Shown: positions 24,266 through 34,793 of the stretch, in pieces
How the letters are laid out: every line of letters begins with the position of its first letter
Numbering within the stretch: the stretch's first letter is position 1
Assembly (NCBI RefSeq): GCF_000400465.1
Contig: NW_008806288.1
Coordinates: forward strand, 1 to 62,000
Direction of reading: 5' to 3'
Length of the DNA stretch: 62,000 nucleotides
Source: Wallemia ichthyophaga EXF-994
Taxonomy: Eukaryota; Fungi; Basidiomycota
Position numbers and translations under genes: made by a program
The notes under the pieces: generated by a model
What the model was told of the DNA's origin: nothing
Databases searched by the model: none
What the model saw: the letters and a program-made list of their open reading frames with translations, nothing else

Positions 24266-25012
24266 ATGCCTGACGAAGCATTCGACGACTTGGATCGCCA
24301 GACACAACGCGCAGTTGCTGGTCTTATACGCCTCGCTCTCTCCGCAGAAACACGTCGTTCAAGTCTGAAGCGCGATGAGATTGCGAAGAAGTGCAGCAGG
24401 CCATCTGCGATGAGCATAGACAGTATGATAACCGCAGCCAACTTAAAATTAACCGAGGTGTTCGGCTACCAGATTGTAGAATTGCCCCCGAAAGAGAGCT
24501 ACAAGTTGGACAGTCTCCCTGCCAAGAGAGGTACGCGGGCGTATGTGGTGGTGGATGTGCACGATAAGCCAGACAACACCAACCACCTCAAGGCGTACGA
24601 GCGTTTCGAAAACACCCACCTTATCGGCATCCTCCACACCATCCTCGCTGTCGTCTTGGCTAGCGGAGGCATCATTTCAGATACACACCTCTACTCCCAT
24701 CTCAAGAAACTTGGCCTAAATCAATCACAGTGCCTCCCAAATGAAGATAAGCTTACGTTGGAATCCTTTATCAACTCCCTCTCAAGGCAGTCTTACCTGG
24801 AGAAAAAAAAATCATCCATTGGGAATCACGACATGGAATTTAGTTGGGGTGCACGAGCGCTTGTCGAAATTGGCGAGAATAATATTGCTCAGTTCATGAT
24901 TCACATTATCAACATATCTAGGCGTGATAGCAGCAACGATGCAACACAAGAAATCAATGATAAGATGCTCGAAGATCTACAAAGAGGTATTGGACATAGC
25001 TGGAACAGCTAG
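24266..25012 (+). CDS. NSE3: MAGE-domain Smc5/6 subunit Nse3
   Basis: LIRLALSAETRRSSLKRDEI, LTEVFGYQIVELP and FSWGARALVEI, typical of MAGE/Nse3. Confidence 0.85.
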   Translation: MPDEAFDDLDRQTQRAVAGLIRLALSAETRRSSLKRDEIAKKCSRPSAMSIDSMITAANLKLTEVFGYQIVELPPKESYKLDSLPAKRGTRAYVVVDVHDKPDNTNHLKAYERFENTHLIGILHTILAVVLASGGIISDTHLYSHLKKLGLNQSQCLPNEDKLTLESFINSLSRQSYLEKKKSSIGNHDMEFSWGARALVEIGENNIAQFMIHIINISRRDSSNDATQEINDKMLEDLQRGIGHSWNS

Positions 25013-25032
25013 TATTCACTCTAGTTACCCAG

Positions 25033-26781
25033 TCACCTATCATACATACCCCTGTTAAATGCATCATCTGAATAATACCGTGCTATTATCTGCGTTCCTC
25101 CAAAGTATCTTCCATTCAGTGCTCTCACGTTCTTATATGCACCAACTAATCCTGAAAACTTGACAAAGATCTTCACAGCATCGCTCTCCTCCATATACAC
25201 TTGCGGTGTATGCACAACCACTCTTTCCACGATCCCATTCTTATTGCACTCCTCAGCAACTTCCTGTGACAGATCATCGTCGACTTCGTGTAACTTGACC
25301 ATATTCCTCAGAAGGATGGTTTTGGATGGTTCCCCAAACATCTCTCTCGCCTGCTTATCCAGCCCACTCTCCTCTGTTGACTTGATCTCCCCACTGCCAC
25401 TTTCACTTTTTTCCAACGACAAAGCTTCCTTGATTCCCGTCTTGTGCGCTCCAAGTCCCTCTCCCTCTTTCCAGCCCTGCTTTGCCATAAATCGCTGTGC
25501 AAAATTAGCCTTGTTCTCTCCTCTCTCCTGCTGCTCTTTCGACACTGTTGATTCTTCAATCGTGGAGAGAAAGTCGTCTACTTCTGACACTTCTGGTGCA
25601 ACTTGTGTCGATTGCACTGGCAGTTGCGGCGTTTGCACCTCTGTGGACGCCTTCTGTGGCACCAGCTTGCTGAACTTGGCTGCAATACTTGCAGCTGCTG
25701 CCTGTGATGCTTTCAGTCTATCTTCGGGTGTTTGAGAGGGAGGGGGTGGTTGAGGTGGTTGAGGTGGTTGAGGTGGTTGTATCTGTGCTTTGTCGGGCTG
25801 TTCGTCTTGCTGCTTTGCTTGCTGCTGTACCTCCTGTTTCGATTCTACCTCAGATACACCCTCGACACCACCCACATTCTCACCCTGCATACGCGCTTGC
25901 TGAGCGTTAGCGCTCGACATAGCCAACCGTCTCTGAAACACCTCGTCGCCCGTTTCCTCCTTGTCGATAGCCGTTGGAGCGTGTGCATCACTGTCGTATA
26001 CCTCTGGTGGTGCAAACATTTTGAATTTATCTTTATCACCACGTCCACCACGTTCTTCTCCTCCCTCCTCATCGTCGCTCTCCGAATACTCAGACGAACT
26101 GTAGTCGTTGTGCTGTCTAGACAACTCCTCAGCCCTTCTCGCCATCCTCTCCTCTTTCAAAAACTCAGCAAAACGCTTGTACTCCATATAGTCCGTCGGC
26201 TTGTACGGATCATACTCATCGTTCCAGTTGGGTCCTGCTACTGGTAGCTGGCCCTTTTTCTTCATTTTCTTCTCTTTTTTGGTGAGTACTCGGCGATAAT
26301 TCCCGCTCATATGTGCTGCATCGTCTAGCTCTTCATCTGAGATTGTCATTGGGGGTGGTTTGAGTGAAGTGTTTTGTGTGATTTGTGCTGTGTCTGCTGA
26401 TGTATCTGCTTCTGCTCGTGCTTGGAGTGTGCTCTCGTTTACATTGCCGGTAGTCTGCGTGTTGTGAGAATCTAGCCCGCCTCTTTCCACACCAGCACCC
26501 TCGTCACCCTTCTTGGGCGTGCTGCTCGATGAGGACGCCGCCGAGCTCGATGGAATCGCACTCGCACTGGCGAACGCTGAAGGCACCGGCGGCAACGATG
26601 GCTTTGTTGCTGCCTTACTCCTTCTCGCTACTGGCGCGAACTTGAGCGATGCCGTCCAGTTCTGTGGTTTGGGCGCTGGTTGAGGCGCTGCTGGTTCTTG
26701 TGGCTGAGGCTCTGGCGAAGGTTCCTTCTTTTCTTCCTTCTTCTCTTCCTCCTCGAAGAATATTCCGCCGTATAAACTCAT
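25033..26781 (-). CDS. SPF45: Splicing factor 45 (G-patch plus UHM/RRM)
   Basis: MSLYGGI start, WNDEYDPYKPTDY, G-patch FMAKQGWKEGEGLG, UHM ILLRNMV...ALNGRYFGG. Confidence 0.88.
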   Translation of the reverse strand: MSLYGGIFFEEEEKKEEKKEPSPEPQPQEPAAPQPAPKPQNWTASLKFAPVARRSKAATKPSLPPVPSAFASASAIPSSSAASSSSSTPKKGDEGAGVERGGLDSHNTQTTGNVNESTLQARAEADTSADTAQITQNTSLKPPPMTISDEELDDAAHMSGNYRRVLTKKEKKMKKKGQLPVAGPNWNDEYDPYKPTDYMEYKRFAEFLKEERMARRAEELSRQHNDYSSSEYSESDDEEGGEERGGRGDKDKFKMFAPPEVYDSDAHAPTAIDKEETGDEVFQRRLAMSSANAQQARMQGENVGGVEGVSEVESKQEVQQQAKQQDEQPDKAQIQPPQPPQPPQPPPPSQTPEDRLKASQAAAASIAAKFSKLVPQKASTEVQTPQLPVQSTQVAPEVSEVDDFLSTIEESTVSKEQQERGENKANFAQRFMAKQGWKEGEGLGAHKTGIKEALSLEKSESGSGEIKSTEESGLDKQAREMFGEPSKTILLRNMVKLHEVDDDLSQEVAEECNKNGIVERVVVHTPQVYMEESDAVKIFVKFSGLVGAYKNVRALNGRYFGGTQIIARYYSDDAFNRGMYDR

Positions 26782-27201
26782 AAGCCGTTGAGGTACTTGA
26801 TCAAAGATACTGATAACACGATTTGATGTCAAGACGTGGAGATGATTAAATTATTGTGAAGTTTGGTGATTGATTATTAAAGCTATCGTACTTCTTAAGG
26901 GGGATCAAGTGTATTCTCAGACTCACTCCTCCGTCCGGAATCCATATAGGTTTCCGAAGAATGTATCCTTAGGTTATCGACTTAATGTGTTTGGTATAAT
27001 TGGGTGCACCAGCTTTATTACCTCTAAATTGAATTTGCCTCACAAACAACAAAAGTACCCAAGTAGCCAACTTGTTTTAGAATCAGAAGGTGAAGAAAGG
27101 CTTGTATGTTTTACGATTTCATTATATCCAATTCACCTAATTTGTCGTGTGATAGAGAGGGGTGTTATTATATTATCAAGTAGTCATTCATGATAATATT
27201 T

Positions 27202-27889
27202 TTAGCAGCCTACATACGTCTTGCTATCTTCGTAGCCAATAATAAAATTCCATACCGCGAAGTCTGAAGTATGCCTAGTCTTGAACGAACAGAACTTAGC
27301 GTGTATGTTCACTCTGCACAGATTTTGACTTTGTTTGATGATTTGGAAGAGTAAAGCTGTTGTTGTTTTTTCGAATATTACATCAAAGACGGTCAGATGC
27401 GTGAGATTCGGGACATTTTGATCAATTTCAGAAATGAAGCAAAAAGTCTTCGGATTGAAACACAGCGTAGACTGGGCATCGATCAGTGAAAATCTTATGT
27501 CATTGACCTTCTGAGGTTTCTATAATCCCTGTAGCAATTGTCAAGAGCCAGATTCTTTATTTGCTCGTAATCTATCTAAATACCTTCAAAGGTTTCCATG
27601 TAATATTCAAAAAACACAATTGATCAACGTCAAGTATTTCAGAATTGGATTGACCTGTAAAAGAAGCCCAACGACAAGCCAATATACCTGGCGATCATAG
27701 TAATCAGCTGCTTCGTGCTAGCTGTACCACCTTTCTTTGATCTTCCACAATTCAAAACAAAAGACATAGCGGACTTTCAGCATTATTGTAACCTTAAGGA
27801 CGATCCTCTTTAATAGTGCTTTAAGATATTAATCTGTCAAATTAACATATATCTTTACAATAATTTCGAATGAGTAATTTCTTTGTCAT
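27202..27889 (-). pseudogene. Degenerate or lineage-specific multi-exon gene with LRR-like segments
   Basis: Stop-free stretch 27202-27519 (KPQKVNDIRF...VPNLTHLTVFDV...NLCRVNI) is absent from the ORF track. Upstream exon-like pieces could not be joined in frame. Confidence 0.3.
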
Positions 27890-28606
27890 TTTGAAGTAAA
27901 AATGCTCATGATCCACCATGTTTTCACGTAATGCTTCATTAGTTTTCAGTCTTAATGTTAATTAGTTCAACAATGAATTAAAATATGCTGATAAACAACA
28001 AAAAAGTTATGAAAGTCATTGTCACGCATCAAATGGGGAAATTCCAATGAAATGTCAGTGAGTAAGTGTTGTACTTACAAGTATATAGATTCTATCGTCT
28101 GATTACTTCTGCTGAATTGTTTGATTTGATCTTGGGTTGTCTCCTGAATGGCTTATTACTTTCGTCACCTCCTACAAACGCAAACCAATATAACTAAATC
28201 GACGTGTCCAATGTTCTCAATAACCATAAAGTTTCCTGACGATCTTCTGAATAAGCTCTGCTGGGAGCTATTCCATGAAATCGCTGGTTTGTTTGTCTTT
28301 GCACATGATGGCAGAATTGAAGGGGTAAGCTGCGATAAGACACTAAACTCAAAAAGACATTATATCATATTCTAAGACAATAGCTCACCATAGCATGTAA
28401 GTATTACTCTCCTCCCCCTCATTTAAAATTTTCACAGTTGCAAAACAGATAGGACGACACCACCATGACATAAGCAGCTTAATCTCCATATTCATGACAC
28501 TCTCTATTCCCACCTATTCAAACAAATCTCAATTGTGCATTGCTTGACGTGAATTTTCCACATCGATAAGGGATAAATTACAAAACATTACTATACAGAG
28601 AAACGT

Positions 28607-29453
28607 CTAAGTGAGCATTTGCTGATCAAATTGACCGAGTCTGTTGATATCCTCAGTGTTTAATTTCTCATTGTGATTCCTCCCGTGTTTATGCAGCGGA
28701 GGTTGATATCTAGGGAAATTGACACGAGACGCGAGGGCATTCTCGCCCCACGACAACAGCTTGATGACATTAGATAATTTGGGCTCACTTGAGTGAAATT
28801 CAGATTCAAGGACGTGCTTGTTGACCATGCTTGCAACTCTCTCCCTCTGTGACTGACTGAGGAGTTGGCGAATGTTGTTAGGGGCGTCTGTAGCCTGTGC
28901 GAGCTGTTCGGAGTCGGGGCTGTCGAAAGCAAGCAGAGTGAGCGTTGTCTCGAGCGATGGCAGTAGCGAGGGGATCGTTATAGCCAGGTGGGAGAGAACA
29001 GACTGAGCGAAGTGCAGCGCTACATCTACCTGCTTATGCCTGATAAGCTCTATGAGATGCTGGAGCTGTACGTTGAAGTAAAGCTCAGTATTCTGGTCGA
29101 GGATATCCGGATTTATTTCATTGATCAGGTCAATTGCAGGTGCAATGTGACCACATCTTATCAGATCCTTCACAGACTTTCTGTCTTTGATGATGTTGGT
29201 GGATTCGTCCATATCCAAGCCTGTATCCTTGGAGAAAGTAGTCGCTGCGTCTGTATAGCCTTCAATGATGAGGTAATCGAGGACGAGCTTGTTGAGCTGT
29301 CTGGGTGGGTTGTAAGTGGGTGGCTGATATGGCGAATAGAATCACTGACGCCTTGCTCAAACTAAGCTGGCCTAGCTTGCTGGCCCATGTGTCGCTGGAT
29401 ATAGCGTTTGTTTGCTGGTTGATTGGCTTGAAGAAGAAATTATAATTGAGCAT
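28607..29453 (-). CDS. GID8: GID/CTLH complex subunit Gid8 (LisH-CTLH-CRA)
   Basis: After an intron, LisH QLNKLVLDYLIIEGYTDAATTFSKDTG; then CTLH ELYFNVQLQHLIELIR and CRA SQRERVASMVN. Confidence 0.88.
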
Positions 29454-29567
29454 TTCGGTTCTTATACACACACAAGAAACTCACCAGCATTTTTAATTTA
29501 ATTTCTCTGTCTGTGTGAATGTTCAGTCGCAAGGCTTCATCGCCGACGACGATAAGCGTAAGACAAT

Positions 29568-30112
29568 ATGGAAGGCGAGCCAACGAGAGGCGTGAGTGGA
29601 TTATATCGTAGATGCTGTACCCATCTCACGCGCTCAATAGGGCACGCGTGGCGGTGCTGGTGACTTTAGCTGGAATGCAGTCAAGGAGGATAAGCATCGC
29701 GAGTATTATTTGGGACACAGCGTCAAAGCTGCTGCTGGTAGATGGCAGAAGAACAAAGTGGGTCATTTCCATTCACAATAGCCTCTGTCTTATATGAGTC
29801 AAGGACATTCACTGGTATAATCGCGATGACGATAATGCCGATGAGGGAGAAATTCAGCGTAAGAAGAAAGAGGAAATCAAGAAGATCAAGGAAGCTGAAG
29901 AGGATGCTCTGAGCGTTGCACTAGGATACGCACCAAAACCACGACAATCCGAGGAGGAGAAGATTGCGGCAAAAGCACAGAAGAATGCCGAGAAGAGAAT
30001 CAGGAAGGAGGAGAGAGATAAGGTGCGAGCTGAGCGAGAGCAGCGGCGGAAAGAGAGTGGCAGAGATAGCAGGTACACTCCGTACACCACCGACAATCAG
30101 AGACGTAAATAA
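29568..30112 (+). CDS. MMTAG2-like protein (multiple myeloma tumor-associated protein 2 family)
   Basis: Not in the ORF track. Spliced: MEGEPTRG|GTRGGAGDFSWNAVKEDKHREYYLGHSVKAAAGRWQKNK|DIHWY, then a charged coiled tail. Confidence 0.85.
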
Positions 30113-30140
30113 CGTGCAATAGTGTGTATAATAGAACAAA

Positions 30141-30710
30141 TCACCTCTTGTCTTTCCTCTGGATGGTTTCGTCATTGATAAAGATACCTTTACCGTTGTA
30201 TGGCTCTGGTTTCCTCCAATGCCTAATAGCAGCTGCAAATGCAGTCACTTGGTGCTTATTTGAGCCTGTGAGTATTACCTTGTTAGTAGCAGGCGTCTCT
30301 GCATTCACCCCGTCTGGGATCTGCATTATTACGGGATGGCTGAATCCCAATTTCAAGTGAATGTTCCTGCCCTCAATCGCAGCCCTATAACCAACACCGA
30401 CAAGTCTAACATTTACTCTAAAGCCCTCAGTAACTCCAGTGATTGCGTTCTGGACAAGTGTACGAGTGAGTCCCCACATGGATCTCTGTAGCGGTATCTT
30501 CCTATCCTCAACGGTAATCTTGATATCGCCCGATGATTGCTTTAACTGTATGAATGGCTTTATATCCACGCTCTCCTCGCCTAAGGGTCCCTTAACGCTA
30601 AGTTTATCTAGACTGGAGGTAACCTGGGTGGATGAGGGAATAATTACTGGATTCTTGCCAACATGAGATAACTGCCTGCTGCTCGTCGACAGCGCTCTCC
30701 TGAATATCAT
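30141..30710 (-). CDS. MRPL6: Mitochondrial ribosomal protein uL6m
   Basis: SHVGKNPV, VKGPLG, LVGVGYRA, LKLGFSHP, KPEPYNGKGI. Confidence 0.92.
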   Translation of the reverse strand: MIFRRALSTSSRQLSHVGKNPVIIPSSTQVTSSLDKLSVKGPLGEESVDIKPFIQLKQSSGDIKITVEDRKIPLQRSMWGLTRTLVQNAITGVTEGFRVNVRLVGVGYRAAIEGRNIHLKLGFSHPVIMQIPDGVNAETPATNKVILTGSNKHQVTAFAAAIRHWRKPEPYNGKGIFINDETIQRKDKR

Positions 30711-30779
30711 TTTTGCGCCGTTTGTTGTACACTTGCAAGAGTCTTCTTGAACCACAACGGCGATAATCAAATTTATAAA

Positions 30780-31664
30780 ATGTTGCGCACTGTAAAGCCA
30801 AAGAATGCAAGGGTTAAGAGAGCTATGAAAGAGCGGGAACCACACGCCCACGAGAATCCAAAGACGGCGCTCTTCATCAAAACACAGACAACGTCTGCTA
30901 TACTCACTGAGGCGATGAGCGATCTTTACAGTCTCAAGAAACCACACGGCATTACTTTCAATAAGAAGAATCAGCTTCAGCCGTTTGAGGACAGCTCGAG
31001 CTTGGAGTTCTGGTCGAATAAGAACGACGCTTCTTTGCTTCTTGTTGGATCTCATCAGAAGAAGAGACCACATAATCTTATCTTTACGAGAACGTTTAAC
31101 TATCAGTTGTTCGATATGTTGGAAATGGGTGTCGAGAATTTCAAATCGATGAAAAGTTTCAACATTAATAACCAAGTAAACGTTGGTATGAAACCGCTGT
31201 TCAACTTTACGGGTGAGTTGTTTGATACTCACCCAAAGTACCAGCAGTTCAAGAATGTCATGCTTGATTTCTTCAGAGGCGAGACAATTTCTTCCATCTC
31301 TCTCGCTGGTTTGTCGCATGTGATTAGCTGTACTGTCGGCGAGCAAGCCAATGAAGAGGATACACCGCCTGTGCAGTTCAGAGTATATTCGATTCAGTTA
31401 TTGAAGAGCGGTACGCGGACACCGCGTGTAGAGTTAGTCGAGATGGGTCCATCGATGGATCTCACGCCTAGGAGAACCCAAGAACCAGATTCATCACTCG
31501 AGAAGGAGGCATACAGGAAACCTAAGCCGGTCAATGTTCCTAAGAAGAGGAAGAACGTTGAGGTGGACGAGATGGGTGACAAAGTTGGCAGAATACACAT
31601 GGAGAAGCAAGACTTGTCTAAGCTACAGACTAGAAAGGTCAGAGCACTCAAGGCTGACGATTAG
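30780..31664 (+). CDS. RPF2: Ribosome production factor 2 (Brix domain)
   Basis: MLRTVKPKNARVKR, HENPKTALF, SHQKKRPHNL, PRVELVEMGPSMD. Confidence 0.95.
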   Translation: MLRTVKPKNARVKRAMKEREPHAHENPKTALFIKTQTTSAILTEAMSDLYSLKKPHGITFNKKNQLQPFEDSSSLEFWSNKNDASLLLVGSHQKKRPHNLIFTRTFNYQLFDMLEMGVENFKSMKSFNINNQVNVGMKPLFNFTGELFDTHPKYQQFKNVMLDFFRGETISSISLAGLSHVISCTVGEQANEEDTPPVQFRVYSIQLLKSGTRTPRVELVEMGPSMDLTPRRTQEPDSSLEKEAYRKPKPVNVPKKRKNVEVDEMGDKVGRIHMEKQDLSKLQTRKVRALKADD

Positions 31665-31707
31665 GATAGACGATAATTCATATTTTTTGCTACACTTTAT
31701 AAATAAC

Positions 31708-32720
31708 TTATTCTGATATGCTGTATGTGCTATGACACGACCACAACCCCGTGTAAGATGCTTTCCATACGCTAGCTTTAGCGTTATCGCCTGAGGAAGT
31801 GAGTACGGTACTTGGGTAAGGTTAGCCGTGTGTTCTAAGAGCAAGACAAGGTGCACGCACCCAAACAGGTTCCATGAGAGACTGGCTACAACGCCGCCGT
31901 GTTCCAACTCTGCGACGAGATGACTGGTGAAGACTGGTGCGCTGCCGTCGTCCGAGTGACTGAGAGAGAGTTTGAATATCCTCACCAATCCATCGCGCGC
32001 ACCGGCAGCGACATTCCAATATCCGCGCTGGCAACCCGGTGACCAGGCGACGCTACACAGAGGCTGCTGCGTGAGACAATCCAACTGATGCGCAATACCT
32101 GGTCTGTTGGTGGTGGAGTAGGAGATGATATCGACTGCATTCGTACATCCAGCCACTACGCCCACCAAGCCACTGTACTCTTTATCGGGACACACGCTAA
32201 TAGTGTGGGTGGGTGTGCTCGGGGTGCTTGAGTTGAGTGTGGAATGCATTTGCGCTGAAGTGACATGAATGGTATGCAAACACGACCAAGTCGTCGGATC
32301 AGCAGGGATTGTTGCTTGGTATATCCGCATGAAGCCGTCAGTAGAAATACACAGCAATTGCAAAGCGCTAGGGCTACAGAACGACAGTGCGCTGATGGGG
32401 GTTTTACTCTCGGTGAATTTGGCAATCATGCGCTGATTCCTAGGTACATTCTGACGCATTTCCCATACTTTCACCGTACGGTCTGTTGAACTACTCGCGA
32501 GGAGTGTGCCGTAGGAAGGGTGGGAGTAGGAGAGAGAGGTGATGCGACCATCATGCGCTTGCTCGAGACGCTGCTCCGTATCTTCAATCCATCCGTTGTC
32601 AGCGTTGCGACGGTGCGTCGAAATGCGTCCGTCGTTCGATCCCGTAGACATGCACTCGGAATAGTAGTCGTAGCTCTGCGCTGTCACGCTCGTTTCTGCG
32701 GCGTATATCGAGCTTTGCAT
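31708..32720 (-). CDS. SEH1: WD40 nucleoporin / SEA-GATOR2 subunit Seh1
   Basis: AHDGRITSLSYSHPSYGTLLASSSTDRTVKVWE; final exon TVLTSSGDNAKASVWKASYTGLW after an intron near 31805-31855. Confidence 0.8.
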
Positions 32721-32994
32721 TCTGCGTCGTCTGTAGACCGCCTCGTCTTGGTGGTTGAGGTTAGAGAGACCAAGTGATGATAGCAAACCTACTATGAGTG
32801 ACGCCAAAGCGGACTTAGAACGGACTGCCAGGTCTTATTGAAGGTTAGAGAGAGTCGAACGAGTGAGATAAAGGCTACTGGGAGTAGCGCAGACTATTAA
32901 CAGGGAGAGGGTTTTACCCGCCTTGCTATGTCCCCCAAGACGCCGAAACGCTAGGAGAAGAGGAAAGGATTGTGGACCGCTTAAATACCGCGGC

Positions 32995-33417
32995 GGCGGC
33001 GGAGAATCACGTGACTCGCGCCTTGTGTTTGTTATGTTTCACGAACCCGGCTACCATCGTTCCTAGTCACGCGGCTATCGGCGTACAAACATTTGCTTCG
33101 CTGCTTAACCTCAAAGCTTTCGGCGCATTCAGTACTACGTCTTCTCTCCTCCGCCTTGGATGCATTTATTGATCATTTTTATTTTATTTTTCACCTCCCC
33201 TTGCTAGGGTTATCGTGTACAAAAAGCTGAACAGCGCCATTCCTTTCTTCTTGTGCGGCGCTTCTCTAATTTTCCCCGAGTCATTGCTTTCTGGCACTAC
33301 GGTACCCAGTACTATGCCATGAAAGTGTCGCAGAGGAGCCAGAACAACGGAAGGCTATCTTAGCGCACAGTCGCCCAGGTGCTTGCTACACCAGTCGACG
33401 TGCCGGAAAGCCCAACA
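32995..33417 (+). ncRNA. Candidate structured non-coding RNA, family unassigned
   Basis: ORF-free gap with two hand-folded closed domains (32995-33155 and 33286-33411). Several pairs are G-U on + and would be A-C on -. Confidence 0.4.
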
Positions 33418-33910
33418 TATCTTGTATAGAATGTCTATGGATTTTATTGGCGTGGAGAAGGTATTAGTGTGTTTGGCTTGCGTGTTGTCGGGAAGTATGC
33501 TGTAATTTTGAGGACAGGGAAATTATTGAGCATTGAAGCAAATGGCAAAGTGTGAATTGAAATATAATCGATATGAAAGTTCATTTTGTTTATGTTGTTC
33601 TTTGCCTTTGCTGTATGCGACTGGAGTACTTCACATTATAGACCAGTTTTATGGGATATTCAACATGTTAGCTGTCTCACGTCCACATTAGCCGTCCTCC
33701 ATGAGGCTGCTCTTGAAATGCTCAGCATCCCAAAGGCGAAAATATTCATCATATTCAGTGGGGAGAACCTTAGGCAATTAAACTTAAGGCTTAATATTTC
33801 ACGATTTCGGGCCTCTTTGAAGAATTTCATCCATTTCAAGCCTGTCAATCCTTCCATACTAAATGCGAGACAAACACTAAAATTCCAAACTAAACAGACG
33901 CGGGAATACG

Positions 33911-33918
33911 TATAAATA
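33911..33918 (+). promoter_or_regulatory. TATA box of the hydrophobin gene
   Basis: TATAAATA beginning 60 nt before the ATG at 33971. Confidence 0.55.
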
Positions 33919-33970
33919 GCAGACTTGATGTCCTTCAAACCGTATACACAACTGTATCAGCTAAATTAAA

Positions 33971-34346
33971 ATGGTCAACTCATTCCAAATCGCCTCTATC
34001 GCTGCCGTCGCCGCCACCGCATTCGCTTACAAGTCTGAAAAGTACAACGTTGGGAGCTGTGAGTCGAAGTTGTTAGAGATTACATTTCATCTAACAAGAG
34101 ATAGGTAACACCGGCAAGATTCACTGCTGTAGTACTGACAAGGATGCACAAGAATCAACCGGCAAAAACGACGCCTTGATCTCGACTGGCGACATAATCT
34201 CACAACTCTCACTTAATTGCGATCAGATCCCACTTCTCATCGGGATAGCTATCGAGGATGAATGCAAGTCGACTCCATCATGCTGTGAAGATGCCAAAAG
34301 TGACTCACCAATTTCACTTACATGTAACCCACTCCCACTCATCTAA
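33971..34346 (+). CDS. Class I hydrophobin (109 aa, acidic)
   Basis: Signal peptide MVNSFQIASIAAVAATAFA; intron 34059-34104; eight Cys spaced C-X6-CC-X29-C-X14-C-X5-CC-X12-C. Confidence 0.92.
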
Positions 34347-34793
34347 GCGGATTATATTGGCTATTGGCTATACCATTCAACTGTAGATTTATATGTTATA
34401 TTACACCATGCACAGTGTTTTAGATTGACTCAGATCGTAAGCTGTGTTGATAGCTGAGACATTCAACGATTAAAATGTAACTGGCACAGCTGAGACAGAA
34501 TAATTTGTCGTTCATCAATCAATATTCATCGTTCATTTCAAGTTTTCAACGTAATTCAAATTCACTTCTCCGCGTGGAGCGTACAGAAGCAATGAAATAA
34601 TATTCTCAGCTGCAAATAATCTCAAAAGACCATCGACAGCTGTCAAAGTTGTACACAACCACAGTCATCTCATTTCCAAAGTTTCTGAGAGTAGCAATGG
34701 ACATCAAACGCGTAGATAGTTGATGGTAGATATACATATTATTATATTACAGCAGCATTTTCGAGATAAAGTTGCTCGTTTACTACGTCCATC

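Noticed and set aside
17440-26247. Many overlapping 60-190 aa ORFs in the GC-richer block
   Set aside because: They are antisense or alternate-frame shadows of the orphan gene, UGO1, HEM13 and SPF45, as expected from low stop-codon density.
30711-31346. Long N-terminal extension of the 401 aa MRPL6 ORF
   Set aside because: It is the antisense shadow of RPF2; the presequence-like MIFRRALS start at 30710 fits uL6m.
33126-33155. ATTCAGTACTAC...CTCTCCTCCGCC resembles the CR-V and 3' end of human RNase P RNA
   Set aside because: I found no upstream CR-I/P4 partner (GGAAnnnCUGA-like) within the domain, so the RNase P core cannot be built.
33205-33212. TAGGGTTA, i.e. a TAACCCTA telomerase-template-like 8-mer on the - strand
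   Set aside because: An 8-mer is expected about twice by chance in 124 kb of both strands. It is also on the opposite strand to the one favoured by the G-U pairs of the neighbouring folds.
33286-33411. TPP riboswitch, SRP, U1/U11 or U3 identity for the junction fold
   Set aside because: It lacks CUGAGA and AUACCAGCG (TPP), the GNRA-capped helix 8 (SRP), the 5' splice-site complement with adjacent Sm site (U1/U11) and the C/D boxes (U3).
33586-33938. ORFs of 109 aa (+) and 92 aa (-) upstream of the hydrophobin
   Set aside because: Non-ATG or weak starts, no motifs, and they overlap the hydrophobin promoter; likely spurious.
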